The notes under the pieces were generated by a model. That model was given only the letters and a program-made list of their open reading frames with translations. It was not told the origin of the DNA and searched no databases. A stretch of 61,995 nucleotides of DNA, counting the filler, from Nemertoderma westbladi (taxonomy: Eukaryota > Animalia > Xenacoelomorpha): the NCBI GenBank assembly GCA_032718475.1. It is 3 parts of 3 records of this genome, joined end to end, with 100 filler letters (N's around TTAATTAATTAA, not from the genome) between each part and the next. Parts side by side here need not be neighbours in the genome. Positions count along the whole stretch, not along the records: positions 47,171 to 61,995 come from JAUCBJ010005703.1; 2 more parts are not named here. One strand, written 5' to 3'. The translations under genes and the position numbers were made by a program. Positions 47,171 through 60,232 of the stretch are shown here, in pieces (position 1 is the first letter of the stretch; each line of letters opens with the position of its first letter).

Positions 47171-48629
47171 AAGACATTCTAATTTGGCGGGTTAAACTGC
47201 CAAAGGTCTGAAAGCGCGAACAGTCGCTTCATGTTTTTTTTTATGATTTATGTCATTTTTTTTGAAAAATACCAGTAATTTTCAAAAAATTGTCTTATTT
47301 TTGACGGAAATTAATTTTTTCCGAATTTTTTGAGGTTCCACACTTGTCCGGGTAGGTGGTCTATCCGAGTTCCAAATTTCATAAAATTTCATTGAGCAGT
47401 TCATTCAAAAAGTGTACCTTTGTTTGACTTACGTTTGTTAAGGAAATGGGCAGGGTACCATGTCCCCTTAATGTATTTTGGTTGAAAGTTAAATTTAATA
47501 AACCTATTCCTTTTTGTAGAATGGCCTGTAGCCGGCTCGTATTGTGTACTTCTTAATACTGTAGAAACCCTATATCCCACATTTTGTAATAGTGTCGCTT
47601 GATGTATTGGCTTGAAAATTATTATAAATTAATAGACTGCGAAATTTTTAAAGATTTCATTTTTCAATGGGAATGAAAACAGATATTGTCAAATATCAGA
47701 TTTATATTTGTCAGATATAGTCAAAGGTTTTTTCAAAAAAATTTATTACATTTTTTACAATGATTACTCAAAAAGCATTAAAACCCATACACAAATTCGA
47801 ATAATATCAGGTTTTAAAATATAAATAAAAGCTCCCTCTATCCATGACCAGAGTTGAGGCCAATTATTGAATTTTTTATTAAAACGTTTAAAATAGAAAA
47901 TCTTTCCATAGGCCTTCTGTCTTCACTTCAACATGCCAGAAAAAAGCGGGAAATTCAAATTATACTTAAACATTATAAAACATTATTTTTTTAGCAAAAC
48001 ATGATTTTTTTTTAGCAAAACATTAATTTTTTTTAGCAAAACATTATTTTTTTTTAGCAAAACATTATTTTTTTAATTTTTTTTACAAACTTAAATAACT
48101 TTTTTAAACGATTTAAAAAAAATTTAATAATTGGCCGCAACTCACCACCGTAATGACCTACTAAATGGTCGACCATAAATTATGACGTCATGGAGAACTT
48201 ATTTTGAAAAATAAATAAAAAAAAATTCATTAATTGGCAAATTACCACCGTAGTGGCCCAACCTGGAAAATGCCAAATGTGCCTTCTGGGGGATGGGATG
48301 GGAACTATTCCTGTGACTTAGCCACACGTGCTCGGCTCGTGCTATCACTAAGAATGCTACAGTATCCTGTTGCTACAGTTTCCTAGCATGGCATATCCCT
48401 TAATAAATTTGTATAGTAGGCCTACACCCGAAACAGAAACAAGTGAAATCCAAATTTCCCGCCGGAGCCATTCGGCAATTAAATCCGTACTCCACTCCAT
48501 GAACCCCCTTGTTTGACAAACAACAGCAAAAGTAGGCCTACTGCAGTACTGCAGTAAAAAGGAGTTGGCCTTCCTGCCTGCCTACCTTCAGACCTTCACA
48601 TCACAGGAGTATAATTAAAATCGACAGGG

Positions 48630-48752
48630 ATGAGATTGCAAATCTTCGTTGGATTGTTGTTATGTTGGATTTATTCGAGTAGCTTCATATGCTATGCTCA
48701 ACAAAAACAATTGGAATACCCCCGCTTCCCTTACAACAAGAAACAGAAGCAG
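48630..48752 (+). CDS. Small secreted Cys-rich protein (DUF4787-like), exon 1 with signal peptide
   Basis: Hydrophobic N-terminus MRLQIFVGLLLCWIYSSSFICYA; CAG|gtaatt donor, phase 0. Confidence 0.75.
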
Positions 48753-49090
48753 GTAATTTGGTGCTGCTGTGCTGGTTCAGGCCTCAGGGTACTGGGGTTG
48801 GCCTATTGGAATGGCAAATGGGGTAGGTTGTATGTTTGTAGTCTTAATTATTAGACCTCAGGCTGTCTGAACCTAGACTATTAGACCTCAGGCTGTCTGA
48901 ACCTAGACTATCTTACATCTGCCTACACTAAATATTAGGCGCTGCATTACTGCATTATTAGACCAGTTACAGTCAGACAGTGTTAGCATTATCTAATAGG
49001 CCTATCAATTAACTGATTACAGATTAGGCCTACTGGATTATTATTATGATGATTATTAATTGATACCTGTACATAAATATTATGTTTCAG

Positions 49091-49384
49091 GAAAGAACCT
49101 TGAAGTTAAAACGTTTCGAATGCGAGAAATCTATGCTCTGCGTGAAGGAACCAGAAGGGACTCTAAAGGATTCCATGGAAGTTGAAGCGTGTCTGCGACA
49201 GTGTATGAGCGAGGTGTGCTACAACGCAATATACGCACACAATCCGTTGGAAGCAGGAGAAATCGATATGCGACATAGTTCCTTTAAAGGCTGTATGTTA
49301 CAGGAGGCTAAGGGTAAGCTCGAGGGTTCGTTTGTGAGGCAGTACGAGAAAGTGGAGACCCACAGGCAAAGAGACGAACTATAG
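49091..49384 (+). CDS. DUF4787-like protein, exon 2
   Basis: tttcag acceptor. CLRQCMSEVCYNAIY..NPLE.GEID.R..SFKGC motif. Confidence 0.8.
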   Translation, partial: ERTLKLKRFECEKSMLCVKEPEGTLKDSMEVEACLRQCMSEVCYNAIYAHNPLEAGEIDMRHSSFKGCMLQEAKGKLEGSFVRQYEKVETHRQRDEL

Positions 49385-50545
49385 TGTTTATATCCATATC
49401 GGTTCATTAGCGTCGCTCTACGCTCTAGGAGAACATTTGGAGCGATAAAGGCAGTCGATAGCTGGAGCGACAGAATAAATGATAGCAGCGACGGAAGCAG
49501 CGACCTTATCTTTCTGTTTTCAAGAGGAATATAATTATATACCGGTAACAATCTCGTAATAACCGTCTAATAAAGTGAAGGAGTCCCTAAAGAATACCAG
49601 GTCAAGACGTTACTATTTTATTAATTAATCAATTTATGAAAGAAGAAAACCTATTTTAAAATGTATCAACTCATGAGTGACGTGGAATGGATTCTTTAAC
49701 TCAGGATATTGTATTTATAAATTAACTGGAGTTAGAATTGTATTTCAATAACTCGATTATGTAGATAACCATAAATAAAATTAGGGAATAGGAGATTAAT
49801 GCAGTATGACGTATGTATATATATATTTATCAAGTAATTTTTCAAAATAAACTAGAAAACCAGCAAGCTGGCTTTAAGAAGACCGCCTCTATAAGACAAC
49901 AAAACCGAAAAAACTACAATGTTATAAACCTTTCCCTCCATGCAAAAATTGAGAAAGCAGATAATTAGCCGTTAATTCCTAACGCCGATGAAAGTTCGAG
50001 AGGGTTTGCGATCTCAGCGATACTGGTGATGGCTGTCGGGGTGAGGTTGGATAATGCAGGATGAAATGAAAAAAAAGTGAGTTGGGTTGAATCATCAATT
50101 TATTCGTAGTGATCTAGTTCTTTTCACTAAATTCGAAACTGTTTCAAACCTGATTCCAAATATATGGGTCTCCCCAACGCCAATTTATATAAATACACAA
50201 TAAATGAACAGCATAGCGTAATAATAATAAACCTACAGTACAAATTATTTAATAGAGCTGCCGAATTTACTTTTAGTTAGTATTTTAACCCCCCAAACTA
50301 CGTGTGAAACCCGTCTGTCTAGTCCACGTCTGTCAGAAGTCCGTTGGGTCAGCGATGGAATGCAGCAGCTATGATGCATATCTCCCAGTCGGATCGGCGT
50401 ATGTTGGGTGACTGTCCGTCGGGTCGGTGAGGGAATGCAGCAGTGATGCTGCATACCACTCCGTCAAGTCAGCAGAAAGTCGACCCTTCTGCGTACCGCT
50501 CGCCCCTCGCAATCCCTTTCGGGGTTGGTCCTAAGGAAGGTCGAG

Positions 50546-50850
50546 CGGCTTAGCTTCGGGGTTTGTCGGTCCCTTACAGCGGCTTAGCTTCGAGGTTTGT
50601 CGGTCCCTTACAGCGGCTTAGCTTCGGGGTTTGTCGGTCCCTTACAGCGGCTTAGCTTCGGGGTTTGTCGGTCCCTTACAGCGGCTTAGCTTCGGGGTTT
50701 GTCGGTCCCTTACAGCGGCTTAGCTTCGGGGTTTGTCGTTCTCTTACAGCGGTTTAGCTTCGGGGTTTGTCGGTCCCTTACAGCGGCTTCGCTTCGGGGT
50801 TTGTCGGTCCCTACAGTGGCTTAGCTCGGATTTGTTGGTTCCTTACGGTG
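50546..50850. repeat. 34-bp tandem repeat (~9 units) CGGCTTAGCTTCGGGGTTTGTCGGTCCCTTACAG, unrelated in sequence to the 9-21 kb satellite
   Basis: 34-bp period (50546, 50580). Confidence 0.92.
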
Positions 50851-51615
50851 CCTGTGTCGATGTAACCCGATGCCTTTCCAGGCTCGTACTAGACCAGCGC
50901 ACCGCTCAGTCGGTCCCAAGTCCGTCCGTCCGCCGTAAACTCTAAAACTCTAAAAATTGGTTATAATCTCAGAAAATAATGTCTGTTTAACACTATGGGG
51001 GCCCCCTTTATAATACTGGGGAATGACAGTTTTTTGTTTAGCTGTCCGTCAAAACCGCCCTAAATAGAGTAATTTTTAATTTACGAATTTCTAGTTTTTT
51101 GCACACGGTGGCCGGGACTTTTCGGATTATTAAATTTTTAGAGTTTATGAATTTTATATATGCCCGGCACCAAAATATTAAATAACGCGAACACTTAACG
51201 TTGCTATGATACAGATAAAAATCCTTCCCCATTCACTATCATAGGCAGATTCGATCCTGTTTGGGCGATTATTACATATTTATACACTATTTAATTTTTA
51301 ATCAATAAATAACCATTAAATCTTTATATTACACACTCGAATAAAATAAAAACCGTGTGAGCATAGGGTAGCATTAGTGTGTTAAATATTTTATACAGCT
51401 GATAGCCTTATGGACGAATGTGAATTTATTACTAATTCCAGGTGAATGAATTTTAGTAATAATGTAGGAGGCCTTCAACTGTAGTTCTACAATATTTGAT
51501 GTAATTAGAATCATGAGAGGGAAACGTAGGTTTAGAAAATTGGATCATTGTCAGGCCTAAAGGAACAAAGTGATTTAAAAAGTGAAATATTAGTATATTA
51601 ATTAATTAATTAATA

Positions 51616-51754
51616 CTACTACTACTACTAGGATCGGCATGCTGCATTGCAGCTGCATTTTTAAGAATGCTGTGCCGGCTTGTCGACAAAATTGCCCCGC
51701 CACAACTCCCTTATCACACATGACATTTGCTAGATCATCCGCATCTTCAAGGCC
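51616..51754 (-). mobile_element. Very short 5'-truncated RTE copy, same family as 22473-23130
   Basis: Near-identical to 22473-22606, with (TAG)n tail. TSD AATTAATTAATA at 51604-51615 and 51755-51766. Confidence 0.88.
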
Positions 51755-52015
51755 AATTAATTAATAGAAGTGTTCTGAAGATTGAAGATTTACATCCCGC
51801 GTGCTTGCACGCCACTAGTTATAATATTTACAATTTACATCTTAAAAAAAATTAAATATTGCAAAAAATATTGTTATTATAAGTTAAAGTAACCACAGAA
51901 TAAAATTAAATATTGCAAAAAATATTGTTATTATAAGTTAAAGTAACCACAGAATAAAATTAAATATTGCAAAAATTATTGTTATTATAGTTTAAGTAAC
52001 CAAACCCAGTAAAAA

Positions 52016-54028
52016 CTAATCATCAAAATAGATCTTATTTATCCAGAGTTCGCCATTGGAGTTAACAGCAACTTTCATCTTGTATGTATAACTAGCCGCC
52101 TTTATTAATAGTTGACGGCCCGATTCAAATAGCTGTTTAACGGCGTCCAGCTTGTCAGCACTGTCTCCGGCTTGCTTCTTCTTTATGTATATATCCTCCA
52201 CAGTGTAACCGATCATTTCTTCCAGCAACTGAGGACTCAAATTCCCGGTTAAGGTAACCCGCCCGTCAGAAACAACCACCGCTAATTCCCAGTACCTCCG
52301 ATCACCAATGCGAATGTACTTTATTCGAGATAGAGTTTCCGGGATACGACAATATATAAAGATACCAAACTCAGAGGATCTACTCACCATTAAGGTTTCA
52401 ATTTCCCGTAAACTTATTATCTGATCAGAGTTAACATTAGTCTTAGGAATAAGTTCCATGCTGATGTCCAATAGTTTATCTATCTTAGCGTTAACATCTG
52501 CGTTATTACGTGGAAAATAACTTATATTATTCGCAGTGCTTATAGATGAGCCGTGGTCTAGAGAAATAGTACGATTCTGGACAGACGAATAACATCCTGT
52601 AAACGGTTCAACTGCTGTTACAGTTTTCTGTGCCAATTCAACACTGCCGCAACCCTGACCGGCGACTTTGGAAGTCAACTCGTCTACATGTTCAGGTAAT
52701 TCGGTAATATCATCATTGTCATACCTTTCGGTGTACCACTCAAAGTCGTCGCCCAAATCGTCATCTGCAGCAGTAACGATGTGATTGTGAGTATTGCTAG
52801 CGAAGTCTGAAAGAGGCTGGCTTTCGAGTTTACTACCTGGATTACTGGGCTGGTGCTCCGTGACGGGACTGAATAAGTAATTATTCGTTTGGGTTACATC
52901 AGCGGCCGCGTTCAATAGAGTTCCTTCCACCATATCCCACTCAATATCATCATCTACTTCCTGTTCCAAACTAACAGGGTTGGGTCTATTTGTGGTCATG
53001 TCTCTATTCGTTGCTAGGATACCGCTCTCTATCGCGTCAATCTCCGCCAAATCCTCTCCACACCAATCCGCGTCACCATCGCCTTCCTGGCCAATGGGAT
53101 ATACGTTGTTAAGGGGAGGGAAACTGGGCCCGGGATTACTAACCATTGGATAGACGCTGATTGGGGGAGGGAAAGTAGGTGCTGGGTTACGAAGCGTCGG
53201 ATATACGTTCTTACGGGGTGGAAAACTGGTGTTGGCGTTTGCGTTAACTGCTAATCTGGGAATGTGTGCAGGTTGAACTGAGGTAGTAGCTGTCGTTGTT
53301 ACATTCGGTAACACCTGAGTCGGAACTCTATCATAACATAGACCGCCTGTTCTATCCACAGCCCGTTCTATATGGGACGGGATTGTGCCATTCACGGACT
53401 CGTTTCTTAATCTCAATTTCAACATATTTATATAAGAATTTGATTGCAATAACTCATCGACGAACCCTCCCAATATCTCAATATTATCATTCTTCAATGG
53501 AATCACACCGTGTCGACATGTTAGTGGCCCTTTAATTATCACCTTACACCCGGGTTCAATTGAGTTATTCAGCTTCGGTATGGGTCGGTATTCCATTCCT
53601 TCCACCGTCTCCACTCCGTCTGTCAGCTGCAACATCAGCATCCTTGATCCCTTAGGTTCGCGATTGGGCACAGGGTCAGCAGAAATATCATTATTGTCAT
53701 TAAAATTACCGCTGAGCTTCTGTATCTGTTTGTACGCCGGTTGGCTGACATCGGACAAGCCGTTAATCTGCAGTGCGTAGATATTAGACAGCTGGGCTTT
53801 AGGTGCAGCTGCTATTTGCACTGGTAGAGTTCGAAATTCCAATTCGTTCAAATTACAATGAAGCCACTGATTGTAAATTTCGTTTTTCATCTCAGCTTCA
53901 GATCGATTTCTATTATGAGAGTTATTATGCTCCTCTTGCAACCATTCCACGCATTCTGATACCCATACCAGAGGCACCTGAATGTTATGAACAGTCCTCA
54001 ACCACTCAATGATAACATCGATTAACAT
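52016..54028 (-). CDS. RMI1: RecQ-mediated genome instability protein 1, single coding exon
   Basis: N-terminal helical region (WVSECVEWL, QWLHCNL). OB1 motifs DVSQPAY, RMLMLQLTDG, GMEYRPIPKL, PGCK. Disordered middle. C-terminal OB (WELAVVVSDG..LLEEMIG). Confidence 0.92.
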   Translation of the reverse strand: MLIDVIIEWLRTVHNIQVPLVWVSECVEWLQEEHNNSHNRNRSEAEMKNEIYNQWLHCNLNELEFRTLPVQIAAAPKAQLSNIYALQINGLSDVSQPAYKQIQKLSGNFNDNNDISADPVPNREPKGSRMLMLQLTDGVETVEGMEYRPIPKLNNSIEPGCKVIIKGPLTCRHGVIPLKNDNIEILGGFVDELLQSNSYINMLKLRLRNESVNGTIPSHIERAVDRTGGLCYDRVPTQVLPNVTTTATTSVQPAHIPRLAVNANANTSFPPRKNVYPTLRNPAPTFPPPISVYPMVSNPGPSFPPLNNVYPIGQEGDGDADWCGEDLAEIDAIESGILATNRDMTTNRPNPVSLEQEVDDDIEWDMVEGTLLNAAADVTQTNNYLFSPVTEHQPSNPGSKLESQPLSDFASNTHNHIVTAADDDLGDDFEWYTERYDNDDITELPEHVDELTSKVAGQGCGSVELAQKTVTAVEPFTGCYSSVQNRTISLDHGSSISTANNISYFPRNNADVNAKIDKLLDISMELIPKTNVNSDQIISLREIETLMVSRSSEFGIFIYCRIPETLSRIKYIRIGDRRYWELAVVVSDGRVTLTGNLSPQLLEEMIGYTVEDIYIKKKQAGDSADKLDAVKQLFESGRQLLIKAASYTYKMKVAVNSNGELWINKIYFDD

Positions 54029-54523
54029 GTTTTCACACTATATTATTACACTTTGTAAGTTCAATGCCGTTTACCATTTACTGTACCGGTACTTCAATTT
54101 CAGTACTGGTAGTGTGGCAGTACGGCACGGTAGGTACAGATGTCAGTATGTTACCGGTATAGGTAGGATGAGAGTGCTGGTGAAGTGAACATATATCGGG
54201 GGAAACTGGGAGAAAGGGAAGAGGGGGAGAAAGGGAAGAGGAGGGTCAGGTATTAGACCTACTGTATTTAATATATTTAAAAAAATTCCTAACGAATTTA
54301 TAGGCCGCCAATGAACTGATAACTGAATGAATTTATTTCAGCAAGACAGAACTGTCGAGACTGTAGTGTATTACAATATCCCTACCCTGGCATCCTGGAC
54401 CTACTCATCCAATAAATTCCACTGACACCAAAAAGTCAACAAACAGTAACTCCAGAACTCAAGAAGCTATCGTTTCGTGCGAAGAATGACCTTCTGACAT
54501 CTGACGTGACATTGCAGCTATAG

Positions 54524-57102
54524 GGGCTGTTGCGCTGTCAGTCAGAGAGGTAACAGCCCATGGGGTAAGGATTTACCCCTGGGGCGCTATCTATCAGATA
54601 GTCTGATACCAACTGTCAGACAGTCTTTTTCAACTATCAGATAGATGATCGCCCAGTTACAAGTTCCCGAGCCCGATAGTTGTATTTTTTAAACCCCGAG
54701 TGTTGTTGACGGAGTCTGTTACTTCCGAAATCTTTGATCGTGGTGCCGGTGCCGGAATTCTGGCTTTGATTAAAAACACTGAACTGTTGAACGATGGCGG
54801 AATCTACGAAACCCGGCCGGATTCCTAATCCGAGGAGGCGACGGAGTCAATTAAACGTAAACAATGAAACAATCGCGATGGACAATGGAGTCTATTCAAT
54901 ATATCCAGAACGATACGATGGCGACGGAGTCTATTACAGTAGGCCCCCCTATTAAACACGCAACCAAAGCGATCAGACGATGGCGAAGTAATCTACAAAA
55001 CAGAGAACGACAGGAAGGCGATGGAGTTTATTAAACCCAGTAAGATGGTGCATAGCGAAGCGATCGAGACGGATAACGGAGTCTATTACAGTATTAAACC
55101 TGGAAGGAAGACGGTGGAATCTATAGGCCTAAACCTGGAACAATGCGAACAAGGCTACTCTAAAGTTAGACTAGACTGGTTTGTGAGATTAACTTGCCAA
55201 TACTAACTCAATACAATTTGCTTTCTTCGAATTCCTAATAATATATTTTAATCTTAATAATAATTATTCAACATCAATTATTTTATAAGTCTTGTCAATG
55301 TATACGATTGCTGAAGACTAAAGAGCTAACTTTAGGATAATCTGCCTTATATTTTTAGAATTATTATAATTAATTTTGTTATGTTTATAATGAATTGTAT
55401 CTTTTGACGGACTATTTGATGCGCGACCATGATAATAAAAATAAATGGTGCCGAAATATTTTCACTTAACTGCAGGTAGGGGGGGGGGGGGGGGGGGGGC
55501 AATCTATATTCTTTCTTCCCTCTCCAGGTGAAAATCGACGCAAATAACAGCTTATTTACTACTAAAATAAAACTGCACCATGTTCTATAGGATAAAACAT
55601 TATAGGGGAAACTTTAGCAAGTTGTGTTTATTTTAGCCGATAGACAAGATTACATGTTTACCAAGTTTGGTATAATTTAGTCAAAGATTGAATGAGTTAA
55701 GATTTTAAATTATCAGTGGAGGGTGAAGGCGGCGGGCCAGGATTCAGTTATACTTGAATAAAGAATAGTGATTAAACCAAGGGATACGCGATATATGACA
55801 CTGCTGTATAAGTTCATTGAATGACTGTTGATTTCGAAACATTTAATTCAAAACTATATATAAATGTTAATATAATGTTGGATTTTTTTTTCTAATAATT
55901 AACATTTCAATAATTTATTTTTTTATCTAATCAATCACATTATTAAATAACGAAGCACAGAAATAATACTGATTGAATATTGAATTGAAGGTACAGTACC
56001 GAATTGAATATTTGAGATTGCATAAGATAGAGTATTGAATATCTTCGGCCATCATCCCGTTCCCGTTGGTGACTCCATTGGCAACCATTTCGACAGTTTC
56101 GATTGGTTTCGGCTCTTCATTCCCCGAATAGACCGATGGTCGGCGTGGTTGCTGTCCCAATGACTGAGGCTGCATTACCAACCCAAATTGCCTCGACACC
56201 AACAAGAAAGAGGTTATGGAAAACAATCTGTTTCATAGAAGTTTTTATTAATTTATATATCTCCAGGCGCTGGAGCAGAAACTGGTGTGACCGCGGTTCG
56301 TGGGTGGCACTGTGGAGACGAGCCCCGATCTCCCAGAGGAAGGTGGATGTCTCTGGACCGGGGCGGCCAAAGGTCTCAAAGGCCACGGGGTGAAAGAAAT
56401 GGCCCCGGTCCATTAGGTCGCGATACTTAGAGTTTTTAATGCGCTCCGCCCCCTCAGCTGAGTGCCCCCCGGCAATCATGGTTTGTTGAAGATGGCTGGG
56501 GCTGGGGGCCAGTGGATCTAGTAATAATTATCACAAATATATGATTAGGTAGGCCTACGTGATATTAGTTTCTCAAACCAAACCTATCCATCCATTGACG
56601 TCCAAATATATCAAATTTCTCAATCCATACTACACTGTACTATAATCAGTAGGCCTATGTAATAATGTACACTGTAATGCAATAATGTCAATGTCCAACC
56701 AAACAATGCGTTGAGTGTTATCGGACCAGCCTCGGAGAATGTTAGGCTACTGGGCTAACGGCACCTCGCTCTGTCGCATCAGTTTTTGTAGTGGTCTAGT
56801 TCCAGGCTACCAGCATCCATTAGTCTGTTAGTGGATGATATAGAATCAGCACATCCTGACATCTGTGCAACTCCTCAACTCAGGCGCGAGCATTTTACAG
56901 ATGGTGGTCTAATTTATATGGTCTTGTACCGCGAAACCGTGTATTATTTACAGATGTAGGCTAAATTTCGGGTCTTGTACCGTGCACAGTACTGGTGGGC
57001 CTACACAGCTACTGCTATTTTGCCTAATACTGTAATACAGGTCCCAGAGGTAAATCCTTACCCCACGGGCTGTTACCTCTCTGACTGACAGCGCAACAGC
57101 CC
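54524..57102. repeat. ~58-bp inverted repeat pair (54524-54582 and 57043-57102), possible TIRs of a non-autonomous DNA transposon
   Basis: GGGCTGTTGCGCTGTCAGTCAGAGAGGTAACAGCCC.TGGGGTAAGGATTTACC.CTGGG and its reverse complement. No clear TSD. Confidence 0.55.
56117..56515 (-). mobile_element. 3' fragment of a second CRE/RLE-type non-LTR family
   Basis: AERIKNSKY..FHPVAFETFG..LLQRL..GNAASVIGT. Confidence 0.75.
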
Positions 57103-58599
57103 TCTCTCCATTGCAGACCTATACAATACTGCAATACCGGTATTCCATACCGCTGAAAGAAAATATATGTACGGTAGGCCATGGTTGATGGTATATAAAA
57201 TCGAATAGGCCTAATAAACAAAAACAAGACAATTTAAATTAACCGCTCTGTTAATAATAATTGTATAATTAATTTGGACTTGATTAATAGCCAATCACCG
57301 ATGCGCTGGGAATTAGGAGGTGCTCTTTTCTTTAGGGGAAATTAGGTTGTTTATTTGGGGATTAAGAAAAGAGAAATATTACGAAAATTTTTATTGTTTG
57401 AAAAATAAATAAACACAATTTAGAAAAATGATGTTATGTTTTAAAAAATAAATTAAATTACCAATAGGGAAATGTTACAGCTTACAGATGCTGGCTTTTA
57501 AACCAAAACAAGCAAGCAAACCACCAGTTAGTACCGCCAGTTAGTCTGCCTACCAGTGCATCATATTCAGGCCTTAATTATAGTGATATGGAATGGAACT
57601 ACAGTGTAACCACCATACCAAACTGATAATAACTGACTTCACTACACTGTACGGGATCTCAAGTTAGCAATTATAGGACCGGGGAAAAATCATAAGAAAA
57701 TTAACGGACTTCATAACTTTGTATAGTGCAATGATTTATCAATTTTAAATATTCATCATAAAAGCGATGAGGACCCACATGGAAACCCCATGATAGGACA
57801 TACAGTATCTCCCAGTCATTGTGCAATTACGGCTATCTAGTTTATTTTTATTTACAGTAACATTTTTTAAATATACTGTACAGTATATAGGAATGATAGA
57901 AAAATTAATACTGTACATATTGATTGCCTAAGTGTATACCTACACATCCGGAGACATCAATGATACAGTATGTTATAAATTCAGGGAAAGGAGCAGGTTA
58001 CAGGGGAACGTTATTCTAATCAAAACAATAAACGAAAGTCAGTAGAACATTTTACAATTATATTGTTAGGATAGTAAGTAATCAGATGTTATTTGCGTCG
58101 ATTTCCCCCTGGAGAGGGATGGATTTTGATTGCGTCGAAACTCGAAAGTCCCCTTTTAATCCGCAATAATTTTTATTGTCCGTTTAAATCCTTTTTTTGT
58201 CCTTTTTTTTTTATTTTTTATGTCCTCCAAAAGTCTAATGTTAGGTTCCATGCTACCGGTTTCTCTACTGCTGTTCTCTCAGGCTATCAGTACCGGTATT
58301 AGTATATATAGCACTATTTTGCTGTATTGTATGTACAGATGTAGGTATAAAGCAGGTATTTCTGTATTTTAGTACCGGTACCGGCACCGGTACTGCTATA
58401 GGCCTACTATGTAGCCTACCATTTAAATACGGTAATGGTAGGCCTACCGGTTGTGCTAATAAATTTTAAATAATTGATAGGCCAAACTGGATTGCAGGAT
58501 TGTGGAAAATGTGGATATACCTTTCACATAATTTAGGCCTATTACTGTATTAGTTTTATAATCAATAATGGATCATGACTACTGTCTGAGTAGTGTTAC

Positions 58600-59505
58600 A
58601 GATAACCTGCTCCTTTCCCTGATTTGGTAAAGTGACTGTTTATTGTTTTGGTTAGAAAATCCGGCCTTAACCTGCTCCTTTCCCTCAATTAGTTAAGTGA
58701 TCGTTTATTGTTTTGGTTAGAAAACCCCGCCTCTGTAACCTGCTCCTTTCCCTCAATTGGTAATGTTATCGTTTATTGTTTTGGTTAGAAAATCCCGCCT
58801 CTGTAACCTGCTCCTTTCTCTCAATTGGTAATGTTATCGTTTATTGTTTTGGTTAGAAAATCCCGTCTCTGTAACCTGCTCCTTTCCCTCAATTAGTTAA
58901 ATGATCGTTAATTGTTTTGGTTAGAAAATCCCGCCTCTGTAACCTGCCCCTTTCCCTCAATTAGTTAAATGATCGTTTATTGTTTTGGTTAGAAAATCCC
59001 GCCTCTGTAACCTGCTCCTTTCCCTGAATTGGTAAAGTGACCGTTTATTGTTTTGGTTAGAAAAGCCCGTCTCTGTAACCTGCCCCTTTCCCTCAATTAG
59101 TTAAATGATCGTTTATTGTTTTGGTTAGAAAATCCCGCCTCTGTAACCTGCTCCTTTCCCTCAATTAGTTAAGTGATCGTTTATTGTTTTGGTTAGAAAA
59201 TTCCGCCTATAACCTGTCCCTTTCCCTCAATTAGTTAAATGATCGTTTATTGTTTTGGTTAGAAAATCCCGCCTCTGTAACCTGCTCCTTTCCCTCAATA
59301 AGTTAAGTGATCGTTTATTGTTTTGGTTAGAAAACCCCGCCTCTGTAACCTGCTCCTTTCCCTCAATTAGTTAAGTGATCGTTTATTGTTTTGGTTAGAA
59401 AATCCCGTCTCTGTAACCTGCTCCTTTCCCTGATTTGGTAAAGTGACTGTTTATTGTTTTGGTTAGAAAACTCGGCCTTAACCTGCTCCTTTCCATCAAT
59501 TGGTA
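58600..59505. repeat. 68-bp minisatellite (~13 units), CTGTAACCTGCTCCTTTCCCTCAATTAGTTAAATGATCGTTTATTGTTTTGGTTAGAAAATCCCGCCT
   Basis: 68-bp period (58733, 58801, 58869). Confidence 0.95.
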
Positions 59506-59932
59506 ATTGTTTTTGGCTATAAAATGAGTGTTTTGCTACGTCATGTGGTAATTGATTATCGACAACAACCACAAACTATTAAATAGAGTCTTTTTACCAC
59601 AGGCGCATATGGAAATCTATCTCATAGTCTATAAATCATGGAATCATGGAATGTTTTGGCACAGGCATAGTGAAATCAACTGTCTGACAGTACAGAAATC
59701 AGCAATCTGACAGTTTGAAGAAATACATACATAAAAAGTCATTAAAAGGACAATAAGTCATTAAAAGGACAACAAAAGTCATTATGCATAATTCGTAAAA
59801 AAAAAAGGACAAAAAAAAGTCAAATAAAAGGACATAAAAAATCACTGCCCTTTTAATCTGCACATAGCAGATCCAATTAAAGTGCCTAGTGCCTACTGAA
59901 TATTATTGATGAGCTTATTACAGTTTCCATTT

Positions 59933-60232
59933 AAAAGTAAAGTAAAGAGTAAAAGTAAATTTTCTTCGGCCGTTGGGCCAGGGATTACGCAAAAAGTCTG
60001 ACGATATATTTCCACTGCGGTCCCCCTAGAACTCTAGTCCCAGAGGAGACTCCAGTAGGCCCTACTCATTTAGCTACCACTTAAGGATGCAAGGCAGATA
60101 GATAAGGGCCTTGGCTGGTCCCTTCAAAGCATTCACGCCGAAACGAAGACTCTGCCCTGGCCCATGCGAGGATCGATCCCACGAACTCCGAGAGATGTGA
60201 ATCCAATGCAACCATATACTACACCAAATGTG
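59933..60232 (-). mobile_element. tRNA-derived SINE
   Basis: Minus-strand A-box-like TGGTGTAGTATATGG and B-box-like GGGATCGATCC. Central CTGCCTTGCATCC..TAAATGAGTA motif resembles that of the 46-kb SINE. (TTTAC)n-like tail. Confidence 0.6.

Larger units (their letters stand above)
49851..51818. mobile_element. Possible non-autonomous Helentron/Helitron-like element
   Basis: Begins ACTAG and ends with hairpin GCGTGC-TT-GCACGC plus CACTAGT; has an internal tandem array. Boundaries are inferred. Confidence 0.4.
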
